A stretch of 64,000 bases of DNA, taken from Clostridia bacterium. GTDB taxonomy: Bacteria > Bacillota > Clostridia > RGIG6154. A program made the position numbers and the translations under genes. The notes beneath the pieces were generated by a model. It was given only the letters and a program-made list of their open reading frames with translations. It was not told the origin of the DNA and searched no databases. Numbering within the stretch: the stretch's first letter is position 1; every line of letters starts with the position of its first letter. The stretch is from assembly GCA_017626145.1 (NCBI GenBank), contig JAGAJK010000060.1, forward strand, positions 135,910-199,909. Direction: 5' to 3'. Below are positions 48,763-56,811 of the stretch, piece after piece.

Positions 48763-50940
48763 TTACTGACACATTCTTCTTACATCAAACACGCCTGGTA
48801 TTTTATTTAAGTTCTTAATAACAGTATTTAATTCCATACCATTATGAATTTCAATTGAAATTGATATTACACATACATTTTCCTTTGAAGTTCTTGCATT
48901 AACACCGCATATATTAATTTTCTTATTTGAAAGTTCAGCAGTAATTTCAAGTAAAACGCCATTTCTGTTAATACCGCTTATTTGAAGATCAGCTATAAAT
49001 GAACAGCCATCAGTTACATCCCATTCTACACCGATCATTCGTTCTCTATCGTTTTCAGAAGAATTAACTACATTCTGACAATCTGTTCTATGAACAGAAA
49101 CCCCTCTTCCCCTGGTAATGTATCCTACAATACTATCACCAGGAACCGGATTACAACATCTTGATAATCTTACCAGGCAATTTTCTATTCCCTTAACAAT
49201 TATTCCGTTTGAAGAAGGTTGTATACGCCTTTGTCTTGGTGTCTCATTTTCCTCTTTTGTGTTATCCGTCAAAGCTTTTTTAATATCATCTTTAAGTTTT
49301 TTAAGTAGTTTGACAGAAACTGCACCTTCAAAACCAATAGATGCGTACATATCATCGACATTCTTGATAACAAATTTTTTCATAGCGCTTTCTGCAAATA
49401 AATTTTTGAATTCATTAATATTCTGAATATCGGTTTTACGTATCTCTTTATCAACAATGTCTTTGCCTTTTGCTATATACAAATCTCTGTTATGAGTCTT
49501 ATACCATTGATTAATTTTATTTCTCGCCTGAGAAGTCTTGACGATTTTTAACCAATCCAAGCTTGGACCTCTTGATGTAGGCGTAGTAAGTATTTCTACT
49601 ATATCACCAGTTTGTAATTGTTGGTCTATCGTTGAAATTTTCCCATTTACCTTAGCTCCAACCATTTTATTACCAACTTCACTATGGATAGCATAAGCAA
49701 AATCTATTGGACACGATCCCACAGGTAAGTTGTAAACATCGCCTTTAGGTGTAAACACAAAAACCTCATCGGTAAATAAATCAATTTTGAGAGTTTTCAT
49801 AAACTCTTCTGAATCATTATCAGAAAGTTCATTTTGAACATCAAGCATTTTCCTGATCCATTCAAGTTTACTGTCTAAATCAGAAACCTGTGGTGCGCCT
49901 TCTTTGTATTTCCAATGTGCGGCAATACCGTATTCGGCAGTTCTGTGCATTTCCCAAGTACGAATTTGAATTTCAAAGGGCACTCCACCAGGACCTATAA
50001 CCGTTGTATGAAGCGATTGATACATATTTGGTTTTGGCATTGCAATGTAGTCTTTGAATCTTCCCGGGATAGGTTTATACATTTCATGTACAGCACCAAG
50101 AACTGTATAACACTCAGTAATAGAGTTCACAATTACTCGCACCGCAAACAAATCATAAATCTCGTCAACAGTTTTATTTTGAGTATACATTTTTCGGAAA
50201 ATACTGTAAAAATGTTTAACTCTTCCTGCAATGTGTACACTCATTTCCGGATAGTTTACTGATAATTTCTGATGAATACTTTCTATCAAATCATCAATAT
50301 ATTTTTCTCGCTCCGCTCTTTTTTGTTTTATGCTCTCCATAATTTCACGATATGCTATAGGATCAAGATAACGAAGCGATATATCCTCAAGTTCCCATTT
50401 AATCTTAGAAATTCCAAGTCTATGTGCTAATGGAGCATAAACATCCAATGTTTCTTTAGCCTTCTCAAGTTGCTTAGATTCTGGCATACTTTTAAGAGTA
50501 CGCATATTATGAAGTCTATCTGCAAGTTTTATCATAATTACTCTGATATCTGCAGCCATTGCAAGAAACATTTTTCTTAAATTTTCGATTTGCTGTTGCT
50601 CTTTACTCGAAAAAGGAATTTTTTCTAATTTAGTAACCCCTTCAACAAGGAGCATAACATCTTCACCGAACATAGCTTTAATTTCTTCAAGAGTGTGTGG
50701 TGTATCTTCTACCACATCATGTAATAAGCCAGCACAAATAGACTGACAATCCATTTCTAGGTCAGCTAAAATATTAGCAACAGCCAAAGGATGAATTAAA
50801 TAAGGTTCACCAGATTTTCTAAATTGTTCAGAATGTGCGTCCTTAGCCAACTCGTAAGCCTTGCAAACCAATTCACAATCTTCTTTAGAACAGTTGTATT
50901 TTTCAATTTTTTCAATTAAAATTTTACATTGTTCATCCAT
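48763..50940 (-). CDS. rel: Bifunctional (p)ppGpp synthetase/hydrolase Rel
   Basis: HD hydrolase domain HPLAVA...LLHDVVEDT. Synthetase domain with RVKHFYSIFRKM. TGS and ACT C-terminal domains. Start set at MDEQCK, which follows a GGTGA RBS. Confidence 0.9.
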   Translation of the reverse strand: MDEQCKILIEKIEKYNCSKEDCELVCKAYELAKDAHSEQFRKSGEPYLIHPLAVANILADLEMDCQSICAGLLHDVVEDTPHTLEEIKAMFGEDVMLLVEGVTKLEKIPFSSKEQQQIENLRKMFLAMAADIRVIMIKLADRLHNMRTLKSMPESKQLEKAKETLDVYAPLAHRLGISKIKWELEDISLRYLDPIAYREIMESIKQKRAEREKYIDDLIESIHQKLSVNYPEMSVHIAGRVKHFYSIFRKMYTQNKTVDEIYDLFAVRVIVNSITECYTVLGAVHEMYKPIPGRFKDYIAMPKPNMYQSLHTTVIGPGGVPFEIQIRTWEMHRTAEYGIAAHWKYKEGAPQVSDLDSKLEWIRKMLDVQNELSDNDSEEFMKTLKIDLFTDEVFVFTPKGDVYNLPVGSCPIDFAYAIHSEVGNKMVGAKVNGKISTIDQQLQTGDIVEILTTPTSRGPSLDWLKIVKTSQARNKINQWYKTHNRDLYIAKGKDIVDKEIRKTDIQNINEFKNLFAESAMKKFVIKNVDDMYASIGFEGAVSVKLLKKLKDDIKKALTDNTKEENETPRQRRIQPSSNGIIVKGIENCLVRLSRCCNPVPGDSIVGYITRGRGVSVHRTDCQNVVNSSENDRERMIGVEWDVTDGCSFIADLQISGINRNGVLLEITAELSNKKINICGVNARTSKENVCVISISIEIHNGMELNTVIKNLNKIPGVFDVRRMCQ

Positions 50941-52630
50941 AAATTTCACCTTTAATATCAATTATACGCAATTGAGGTGCGTAATTGTTTTTATAGTCAT
51001 TAATTTCAAGATAGCACATTACACTTACGACTGAATTAGGCATAAGTGTGCCAACTTCATAATTAAAAGCAACTCCATCAATGGTAATTCCGTCTTTAAT
51101 AAAAGTAAATTTTAAATGTTGTTTATTGTTACCAATGCAATACACTGAAAGAATTTTCATATTACGTATAAAAAATAATGGTTTGTTATTTTGTGTACCA
51201 TAGGGCTCAAGTAGTGATAATTCTTTAATCGTTTCGATATTAAGATGTCTGCCTTTTAATTCACAGTCAGCACATATAATGTTTTCAATCTCATTAAGTT
51301 TAAAATACTCGTCAGCATATAAATTTATCAGTTTGCGAAAATCATCAATTTTTTCACGGGAAATCACAACGCCTGCCGCAAGCTCATGTCCACCAAATGA
51401 TAAAATTGCATCCTTAGAGTTCTCCAAAGCCTTATAAAGAGAAAAACCTTCAATACTTCTTCCTGAACCTTTACAATTACCATCGACTCCAGGTGAAATC
51501 AAAATAAATGGCTTCATATATTTTTTTGTAAGACGAGAAGAAACGATACCTACAACTCCATGATGCCATTTGTCGTTGAAAAGAACGACAACACTATTAT
51601 CAATATAATTTTCAAGATATAATTTTTCTGCTTCTAAAAAAATTTGAGCTTCTATTCTTTGTCTTTCACCATTAAAATCATCTAATTTTTGTGCTAATTC
51701 ATTTAATTTATCATAATTATTTTCCAACAACAACTCGATTGCATAAGAAGCATTAGTAATTCTGCCTGATGCATTAATTCTTGGTGCTATAACGAATCCA
51801 ACTTTTGTAGTATCAATTTTAAAATCAGAGGATGCTAAGGTAAGCATTTTTTCTAACCAAAGGGGTATATTATCATTCAATTTTTTTATTCCCAGTTGGC
51901 ACAAAAATCTATTTTCTCCAAGCATAGGTACTATATCTGCTATAGAACCAATTGCAACAAGCTCGGAATATTCTTCTGCAGTTTCCAAATAACTTTGACT
52001 TGTAGCAAGTAGTGCCTGTGCAAGTTTTAGTGCTACACCTACACCTGCAAGTGAAGAATGCGGATAAGTTTCAGTTTCCGATTTAGCGTCTATAACAGCA
52101 ACTGCCTCAGGCATTATATCAGAACATTCGTGGTGATCGGTAATAATCATTTCGATTCCTAAAGTTTTTGCATACAGACACTCAACAACAGCAGTTATAC
52201 CACAATCAACTGTGATAATTAATTCAGTACCCCTCTTATTCAAAGTGTCTATTGAACTTTTTGAAACACCATACCCCTCGATATCACGTTGTGGAATATA
52301 ATAATCAACTTTTGCACCTATTTTTTTCAATGCTTTTACAAGCAAAGCCGTAGCAGTAACACCATCTGCATCATAATCTCCGTAAATGGTAATTCTACGT
52401 CCATTTTCAACATAACTATTTATAAAACTAACTGCTTTTTTCATATCACGGAACAAAAAAGGATCTAAAAGATTTTGTTCGTCATTATTAATAAAATCAT
52501 TCGCTTTATCACTATCAATGCCTCTGACAAGAAGAAGAACAGCAAGTAAACGACTCACATTACATTGACACGCAATGTTTTCAATTTTTTCCACATCCGG
52601 TATAGGTAAAACTTTCCACTTTGTATCCAT
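50933..52630 (-). CDS. recJ: Single-stranded-DNA-specific exonuclease RecJ (short form, 565 aa)
   Basis: DHH motifs ITVDCG and ITDHHE; DHHA1 region GGHELAAG. recJ-rel adjacency is the conserved arrangement. Confidence 0.85.
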   Translation of the reverse strand: MDTKWKVLPIPDVEKIENIACQCNVSRLLAVLLLVRGIDSDKANDFINNDEQNLLDPFLFRDMKKAVSFINSYVENGRRITIYGDYDADGVTATALLVKALKKIGAKVDYYIPQRDIEGYGVSKSSIDTLNKRGTELIITVDCGITAVVECLYAKTLGIEMIITDHHECSDIMPEAVAVIDAKSETETYPHSSLAGVGVALKLAQALLATSQSYLETAEEYSELVAIGSIADIVPMLGENRFLCQLGIKKLNDNIPLWLEKMLTLASSDFKIDTTKVGFVIAPRINASGRITNASYAIELLLENNYDKLNELAQKLDDFNGERQRIEAQIFLEAEKLYLENYIDNSVVVLFNDKWHHGVVGIVSSRLTKKYMKPFILISPGVDGNCKGSGRSIEGFSLYKALENSKDAILSFGGHELAAGVVISREKIDDFRKLINLYADEYFKLNEIENIICADCELKGRHLNIETIKELSLLEPYGTQNNKPLFFIRNMKILSVYCIGNNKQHLKFTFIKDGITIDGVAFNYEVGTLMPNSVVSVMCYLEINDYKNNYAPQLRIIDIKGEIYG

Positions 52631-52651
52631 AACGTTCTTCTCCTTTCTAAA

Positions 52652-54046
52652 TTATCTCAAGTAACAATTAAAATTTCCATTGCTGTTATTGTCAAACAAT
52701 TGACAATAAAATGTGATATCGCCATCAATGTACGCTATTTGAATTTTGCCATAAACACGCGAACGTAAAGAAAACACCTTAATATCATATTTCTTCCCGA
52801 AAATTAATATAACGCCATCTCCGTTAAAATTAACATTCGAAGAGTTAATGCAAAACAGCTTGTCAGATGAAAATTCTTTAAGTAATTCAGAATGTGATTC
52901 ATAAATATCATAAGGAACAGAACAAATAAACTCTACCCTGCTTAAAACGCATTCATTTATCAAATTATTATCATCAAGTGCGGAACAATATCTCAATACC
53001 TCTTCGGAAAATTCACACGGAGTAACAAAGCTCTTAACCGGAACATATTCGGACCTAAAATCCGGAATTAGCAATTTAGTGATTCTATTTTCCGAGAAAG
53101 GTCTTAAAAACTGTACCAACACATTTGTCATATCAATACAAGATAATAGTTTATCAATATAAATTGGATATTCACCGCAAATAATTACAGCTGTTTTTTG
53201 CATACATGTTGCATTGTTTAACGTACTTTCATCTATAATATTTTTACATATTATATTTTTCTTTGATAACTGTAATAAAATTTCTTGTTTGGTAATCTCA
53301 TCAGAACCAATAATTATAAGTGTAATTTCATAATTATCTTTAGCTAAAAAGGGTTCTTCTTTGAAATTTTTAATATATAAATCAGGTCTGTTTAAAGCCG
53401 TAACCTTCTTTGCATTCTCACTTCGCCATTTATCAATATTGCTTTTATTACCTGTCAATAAAACCTCAGGCACACTTCTGCCGTTATAAATTTCAGGTCG
53501 GGTATACTGATCATATTCAAGCAATCCATTATAATGTGACTCTTCAGTAAAAGACTCATCAGAAGATAAAACACCCGGTATTAACCTTGAAACACAGTCA
53601 CATAAAATCATCGCAGGCATTTCTCCGCCGGTTAAAACATAATCACCTATTGATAATTCAAAATCGCAAAGTTCATCGATAACCCTTTGGTCAACTCCTT
53701 CGTAATGTCCGCATAAAATAACAAGCTCATCCTCGTTTGAAAGTTGACAGGCTATTTCTTGATTTAAAACTTTACCCCTCGGCGACATATATATTACTTT
53801 GGGACGTTTTCCTGCTTTAAGTATTATATCATTGTAAGCTCTATAAATAGGTGATGGCTGAATTAACATACCTTTACCACCACCATAAGTATAATCGTCA
53901 ACTCGATTATGCTTATCTTCTGAATAATCACGAAAATTGATACACTCGTATGAGATAATGCCGTTTTTAACGGCATTACCTATTATACTTGTTTTAAAAA
54001 AAACGGAAAAAGCTTCCGGAAATAAAGTTAAAATATCGAATTTCAT
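52652..54046 (-). CDS. trmD: tRNA (guanine37-N1)-methyltransferase TrmD fused to a C-terminal extension of about 220 aa with unknown function
   Basis: Residues 1-240 are canonical TrmD (MKFDILTLFPE..., SPOUT knot, ...RPDLY). The frame continues for about 220 more residues with no recognisable motif. Lies downstream of rimM. Confidence 0.8.
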   Translation of the reverse strand: MKFDILTLFPEAFSVFFKTSIIGNAVKNGIISYECINFRDYSEDKHNRVDDYTYGGGKGMLIQPSPIYRAYNDIILKAGKRPKVIYMSPRGKVLNQEIACQLSNEDELVILCGHYEGVDQRVIDELCDFELSIGDYVLTGGEMPAMILCDCVSRLIPGVLSSDESFTEESHYNGLLEYDQYTRPEIYNGRSVPEVLLTGNKSNIDKWRSENAKKVTALNRPDLYIKNFKEEPFLAKDNYEITLIIIGSDEITKQEILLQLSKKNIICKNIIDESTLNNATCMQKTAVIICGEYPIYIDKLLSCIDMTNVLVQFLRPFSENRITKLLIPDFRSEYVPVKSFVTPCEFSEEVLRYCSALDDNNLINECVLSRVEFICSVPYDIYESHSELLKEFSSDKLFCINSSNVNFNGDGVILIFGKKYDIKVFSLRSRVYGKIQIAYIDGDITFYCQLFDNNSNGNFNCYLR

Positions 54047-54540
54047 TCTAACAACCCCTTCGGAAGCTTAACCTGTATTATTTTATTTTGAATATCAATG
54101 GAAACAATATTCTCCTTTACTGCCGGAAGATAAAAAATAGACTTTTCGGCAGTTTGAATTTCATAAATATCGGACGCTCCGGTATTTATGATATCAATAA
54201 CCTTTCCTAATTCTACACCGTTTTCAATAACAGAACACGAAATCAAATCCGCGATAAAGAAAGTATCTTCATCAAGTGCTCCAATATCATCACGTCGACA
54301 ATAAACTATTTTTTCTTTGAATTTTTCTGCTTCATTAGCATTATCGATACCTTCAAGTTTTAAAATAACAAAATTTTTATGATATTTTAAATCCTGAATC
54401 CTAAATTCTGTATCATCTATAATTAAAAATTCGAAATTGTCGTATATATACGGAGAATCAGTCCAAGGAAAAATTTTGAGATATCCCTTAACACCATGTA
54501 TATTGCAAATTTTTCCTGCTTCTAAAAGTTCACTCATCAT
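54043..54540 (-). CDS. rimM: Ribosome maturation factor RimM
   Basis: GKICNIHGVKGYLKI N-terminal barrel and PRC barrel C-terminus. Conserved position between the KH gene and trmD. Confidence 0.85.
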   Translation of the reverse strand: MMSELLEAGKICNIHGVKGYLKIFPWTDSPYIYDNFEFLIIDDTEFRIQDLKYHKNFVILKLEGIDNANEAEKFKEKIVYCRRDDIGALDEDTFFIADLISCSVIENGVELGKVIDIINTGASDIYEIQTAEKSIFYLPAVKENIVSIDIQNKIIQVKLPKGLLE

Positions 54541-54764
54541 ATAATATCAACAGCAACTTTTTTGTTATCTGAAACAGAAGCAGCTTTAACGATAGCTCTT
54601 ATAGCTTGTGCTATTCGGCCTTTTTTACCAATTACTTTGCCCATATCCTCTTTAGCAACAGAAAGCTGATAAACAGTCAAATTCTCTTTTTCAACTATCT
54701 CAACCTTCACTTCATCAGGATTATCAACAAGAGATTTGGCAATTTCTGCTATTAATTCCTGCAT
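54537..54764 (-). CDS. KH-domain RNA-binding protein (YlqC-like)
   Basis: GKVIGKKGRIAQAIR is the KH GxxG motif. Conserved position between rpsP and rimM. Confidence 0.8.
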   Translation of the reverse strand: MQELIAEIAKSLVDNPDEVKVEIVEKENLTVYQLSVAKEDMGKVIGKKGRIAQAIRAIVKAASVSDNKKVAVDII

Positions 54765-54777
54765 AATTCTCTCCTAA

Positions 54778-55023
54778 TTATTTAATGATATCAGCTTTTT
54801 TAAGCATAGCTTTTACTGTATCAGTAGGCTGAGCACCATTAGCAATCCACTTTTTAGCCTTTTCAGCATCAATTTTAATCTCTGAAGGCTGCTTCAAAGG
54901 ATTGTAAGTTCCGATTTCTTCGATGAATCTTCCATCTCTTGGAAATCTTGAATCCGCTACAACAACTCTGTAGAAAGGTGCTTTTTTAGAACCCATTCTT
55001 CTTAATCTGATTTTTACTGCCAT
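54778..55023 (-). CDS. rpsP: 30S ribosomal protein S16
   Basis: [26 protein letters not shown] is the canonical S16 N-terminus. Confidence 0.93.
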   Translation of the reverse strand: MAVKIRLRRMGSKKAPFYRVVVADSRFPRDGRFIEEIGTYNPLKQPSEIKIDAEKAKKWIANGAQPTDTVKAMLKKADIIK

Positions 55024-55043
55024 TTTAAATTCCTCCTAAAATT

Positions 55044-56381
55044 TTATAGTCCCAATTTGGAACTTAAACCCTTAAATTTTTTCATTTGTTTCGGGTTTGT
55101 AAACTGTTTCATCATTTTCTGCATTTGTTCAAATTGTTTCAACAAAGCATTTACCTGTGTAAGTGTTGTGCCACTTCCAGCAGCAATTCTTTTTCTTCTG
55201 CTGTAATCAATTATAGACGGCTTTTCCCTTTCAAGCATAGTCATAGATTTGATTATTGCTTCTGTTTGAGCCATTTTTCTATCATCTACATTCAATCCCT
55301 TAAGAGCTTTGTTATCAACTCCCGGAAGCATACCCAGCAATTGATCCATTGGTCCCATTTTTTTCATCTGTTGAAACTGATCAAGAAAATCATTTAAGTT
55401 AAATGTCTGTGATCGTATCTTTTTTTCCAACTCGATCGCTTGCTTTTCATCAAATGCTTCCTGGGCTTTATCAATTAAAGTAAGTACATCACCCATTCCA
55501 AGTATTCGTGATGCCATTCTATCCGGATAAAAAAGATCTAAATCATCAAGCTTTTCGCCCATACCGCAGAAAACAATCGGTTTTCCAACTACAGCTCTGA
55601 TAGAAAGTGCCGCACCACCTCTTGCATCACCATCAAGTTTAGTTAAAATTGTTGCATCTATTCCTATCTGTTCATCAAAAGATTTAGCAACGTTAACGGC
55701 ATCCTGACCTGTCATTGCATCAAGTGTAAGATACAGTTCAGTTGGATTTACAGCATCTCGTATTCTCTGGAGTTCTTCCATCAATCCTTCATCTATATGA
55801 AGGCGTCCTGCCGTATCCAAAATAACAATATCTATATCTTTATTACGAGCATAATCAACTGCTTCCACAGCTATTTTGACAGGATCACTCACACCGAGAG
55901 AAAAAACATCTGCACCGACCTTAGAACCAACAACCTTCAACTGTTCAATAGCCGCCGGTCTGTAAATATCACAAGCCACAAGAAGTGTATTCTTATTCTG
56001 TTTTGAAAAATATGAAGCTATCTTTGCGCAAGTTGTTGTTTTACCTGCACCCTGCAAGCCCATTAACATATAGACTGAAGGAGATTTAGGTGAAATCACA
56101 GGTTTATAAGCTTCACTGCCCATTAACTCTGTAAGTTCTTCTTTAACAATTTTAATAACCTGTTGTGCAGGAGTAAGACTCTCTAAGACCTGAACACCAA
56201 TAGCCTTTTCAGTTGCAGAAGAGATAAAATTCTTTACAACTTTAAAATTAACATCAGCTTCAAGAAGAGCAAGTTTAACCATTCTCATAGCTTCTTTAAC
56301 ATCCGATTCATTTACTTTGCCCTTGCCACTAAGCTTCTTAAAGACACTATTAAGTTTTTCGGTTAAATTATCAAAAGCCAT
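55044..56381 (-). CDS. ffh: Signal recognition particle protein Ffh
   Basis: N/G domains with GLQGAGKTTT, DTAGR and the Met-rich M-domain. Confidence 0.93.
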   Translation of the reverse strand: MAFDNLTEKLNSVFKKLSGKGKVNESDVKEAMRMVKLALLEADVNFKVVKNFISSATEKAIGVQVLESLTPAQQVIKIVKEELTELMGSEAYKPVISPKSPSVYMLMGLQGAGKTTTCAKIASYFSKQNKNTLLVACDIYRPAAIEQLKVVGSKVGADVFSLGVSDPVKIAVEAVDYARNKDIDIVILDTAGRLHIDEGLMEELQRIRDAVNPTELYLTLDAMTGQDAVNVAKSFDEQIGIDATILTKLDGDARGGAALSIRAVVGKPIVFCGMGEKLDDLDLFYPDRMASRILGMGDVLTLIDKAQEAFDEKQAIELEKKIRSQTFNLNDFLDQFQQMKKMGPMDQLLGMLPGVDNKALKGLNVDDRKMAQTEAIIKSMTMLEREKPSIIDYSRRKRIAAGSGTTLTQVNALLKQFEQMQKMMKQFTNPKQMKKFKGLSSKLGL

Positions 56382-56392
56382 TTATAGTCTCC

Positions 56393-56731
56393 TTAAATCA
56401 AATTATTAATTTGATTTGTCAATTTTGTAATTTCTGTTTTGTGTGATTCTTCGATACACGATTTATCAATAAGTTCTTGTATTCTGATGACAATTTCTGA
56501 CAAATTCTCATTCTTTTTCATTATTCCCAACTTTTCTTCAAAATTGATAAGAATGTTCTCGGATTTTATAAGTGAATCTCTTACTCCTTGCCTGGTTATT
56601 CCAAGGTTTTCAGAAACTTCACTCAAAGAAAGATTTTGATTCAGGTACATATCACAAACATCATATTGTCTTTTTGTTAACATCTTTCCGTAATATTCAA
56701 ACAACACAGAAAGCTGAAGCAAGTCGTTCAT
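56393..56731 (-). CDS. ylxM: YlxM/UPF0122-family putative HTH protein upstream of ffh
   Basis: About 113 aa. MNDLLQL...LSLSEVSENLGITRQGVRDSL is a sigma-70 region-4-like HTH. Start set after the GAGTGAGGTG RBS; the track ORF was extended to 56800. Confidence 0.75.
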   Translation of the reverse strand: MNDLLQLSVLFEYYGKMLTKRQYDVCDMYLNQNLSLSEVSENLGITRQGVRDSLIKSENILINFEEKLGIMKKNENLSEIVIRIQELIDKSCIEESHKTEITKLTNQINNLI

Positions 56732-56760
56732 ATGACACCTCACTCTCTGTAAAGTAAATA

Positions 56761-56789
56761 ACTTTACAGCTATTATACAATATAAATTA
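56761..56789 (-). promoter_or_regulatory. Sigma-A type promoter for the ylxM-ffh operon (TTGACA-17-TATAAT)
   Basis: Minus strand reads TTGACAagagttaatttatattgTATAAT. It is followed by a perfect 9-bp hairpin (CTGTAAAGT..ACTTTACAG) in the leader. Confidence 0.55.
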
Positions 56790-56811
56790 ACTCTTGTCAA
56801 CAGTAATTTTA

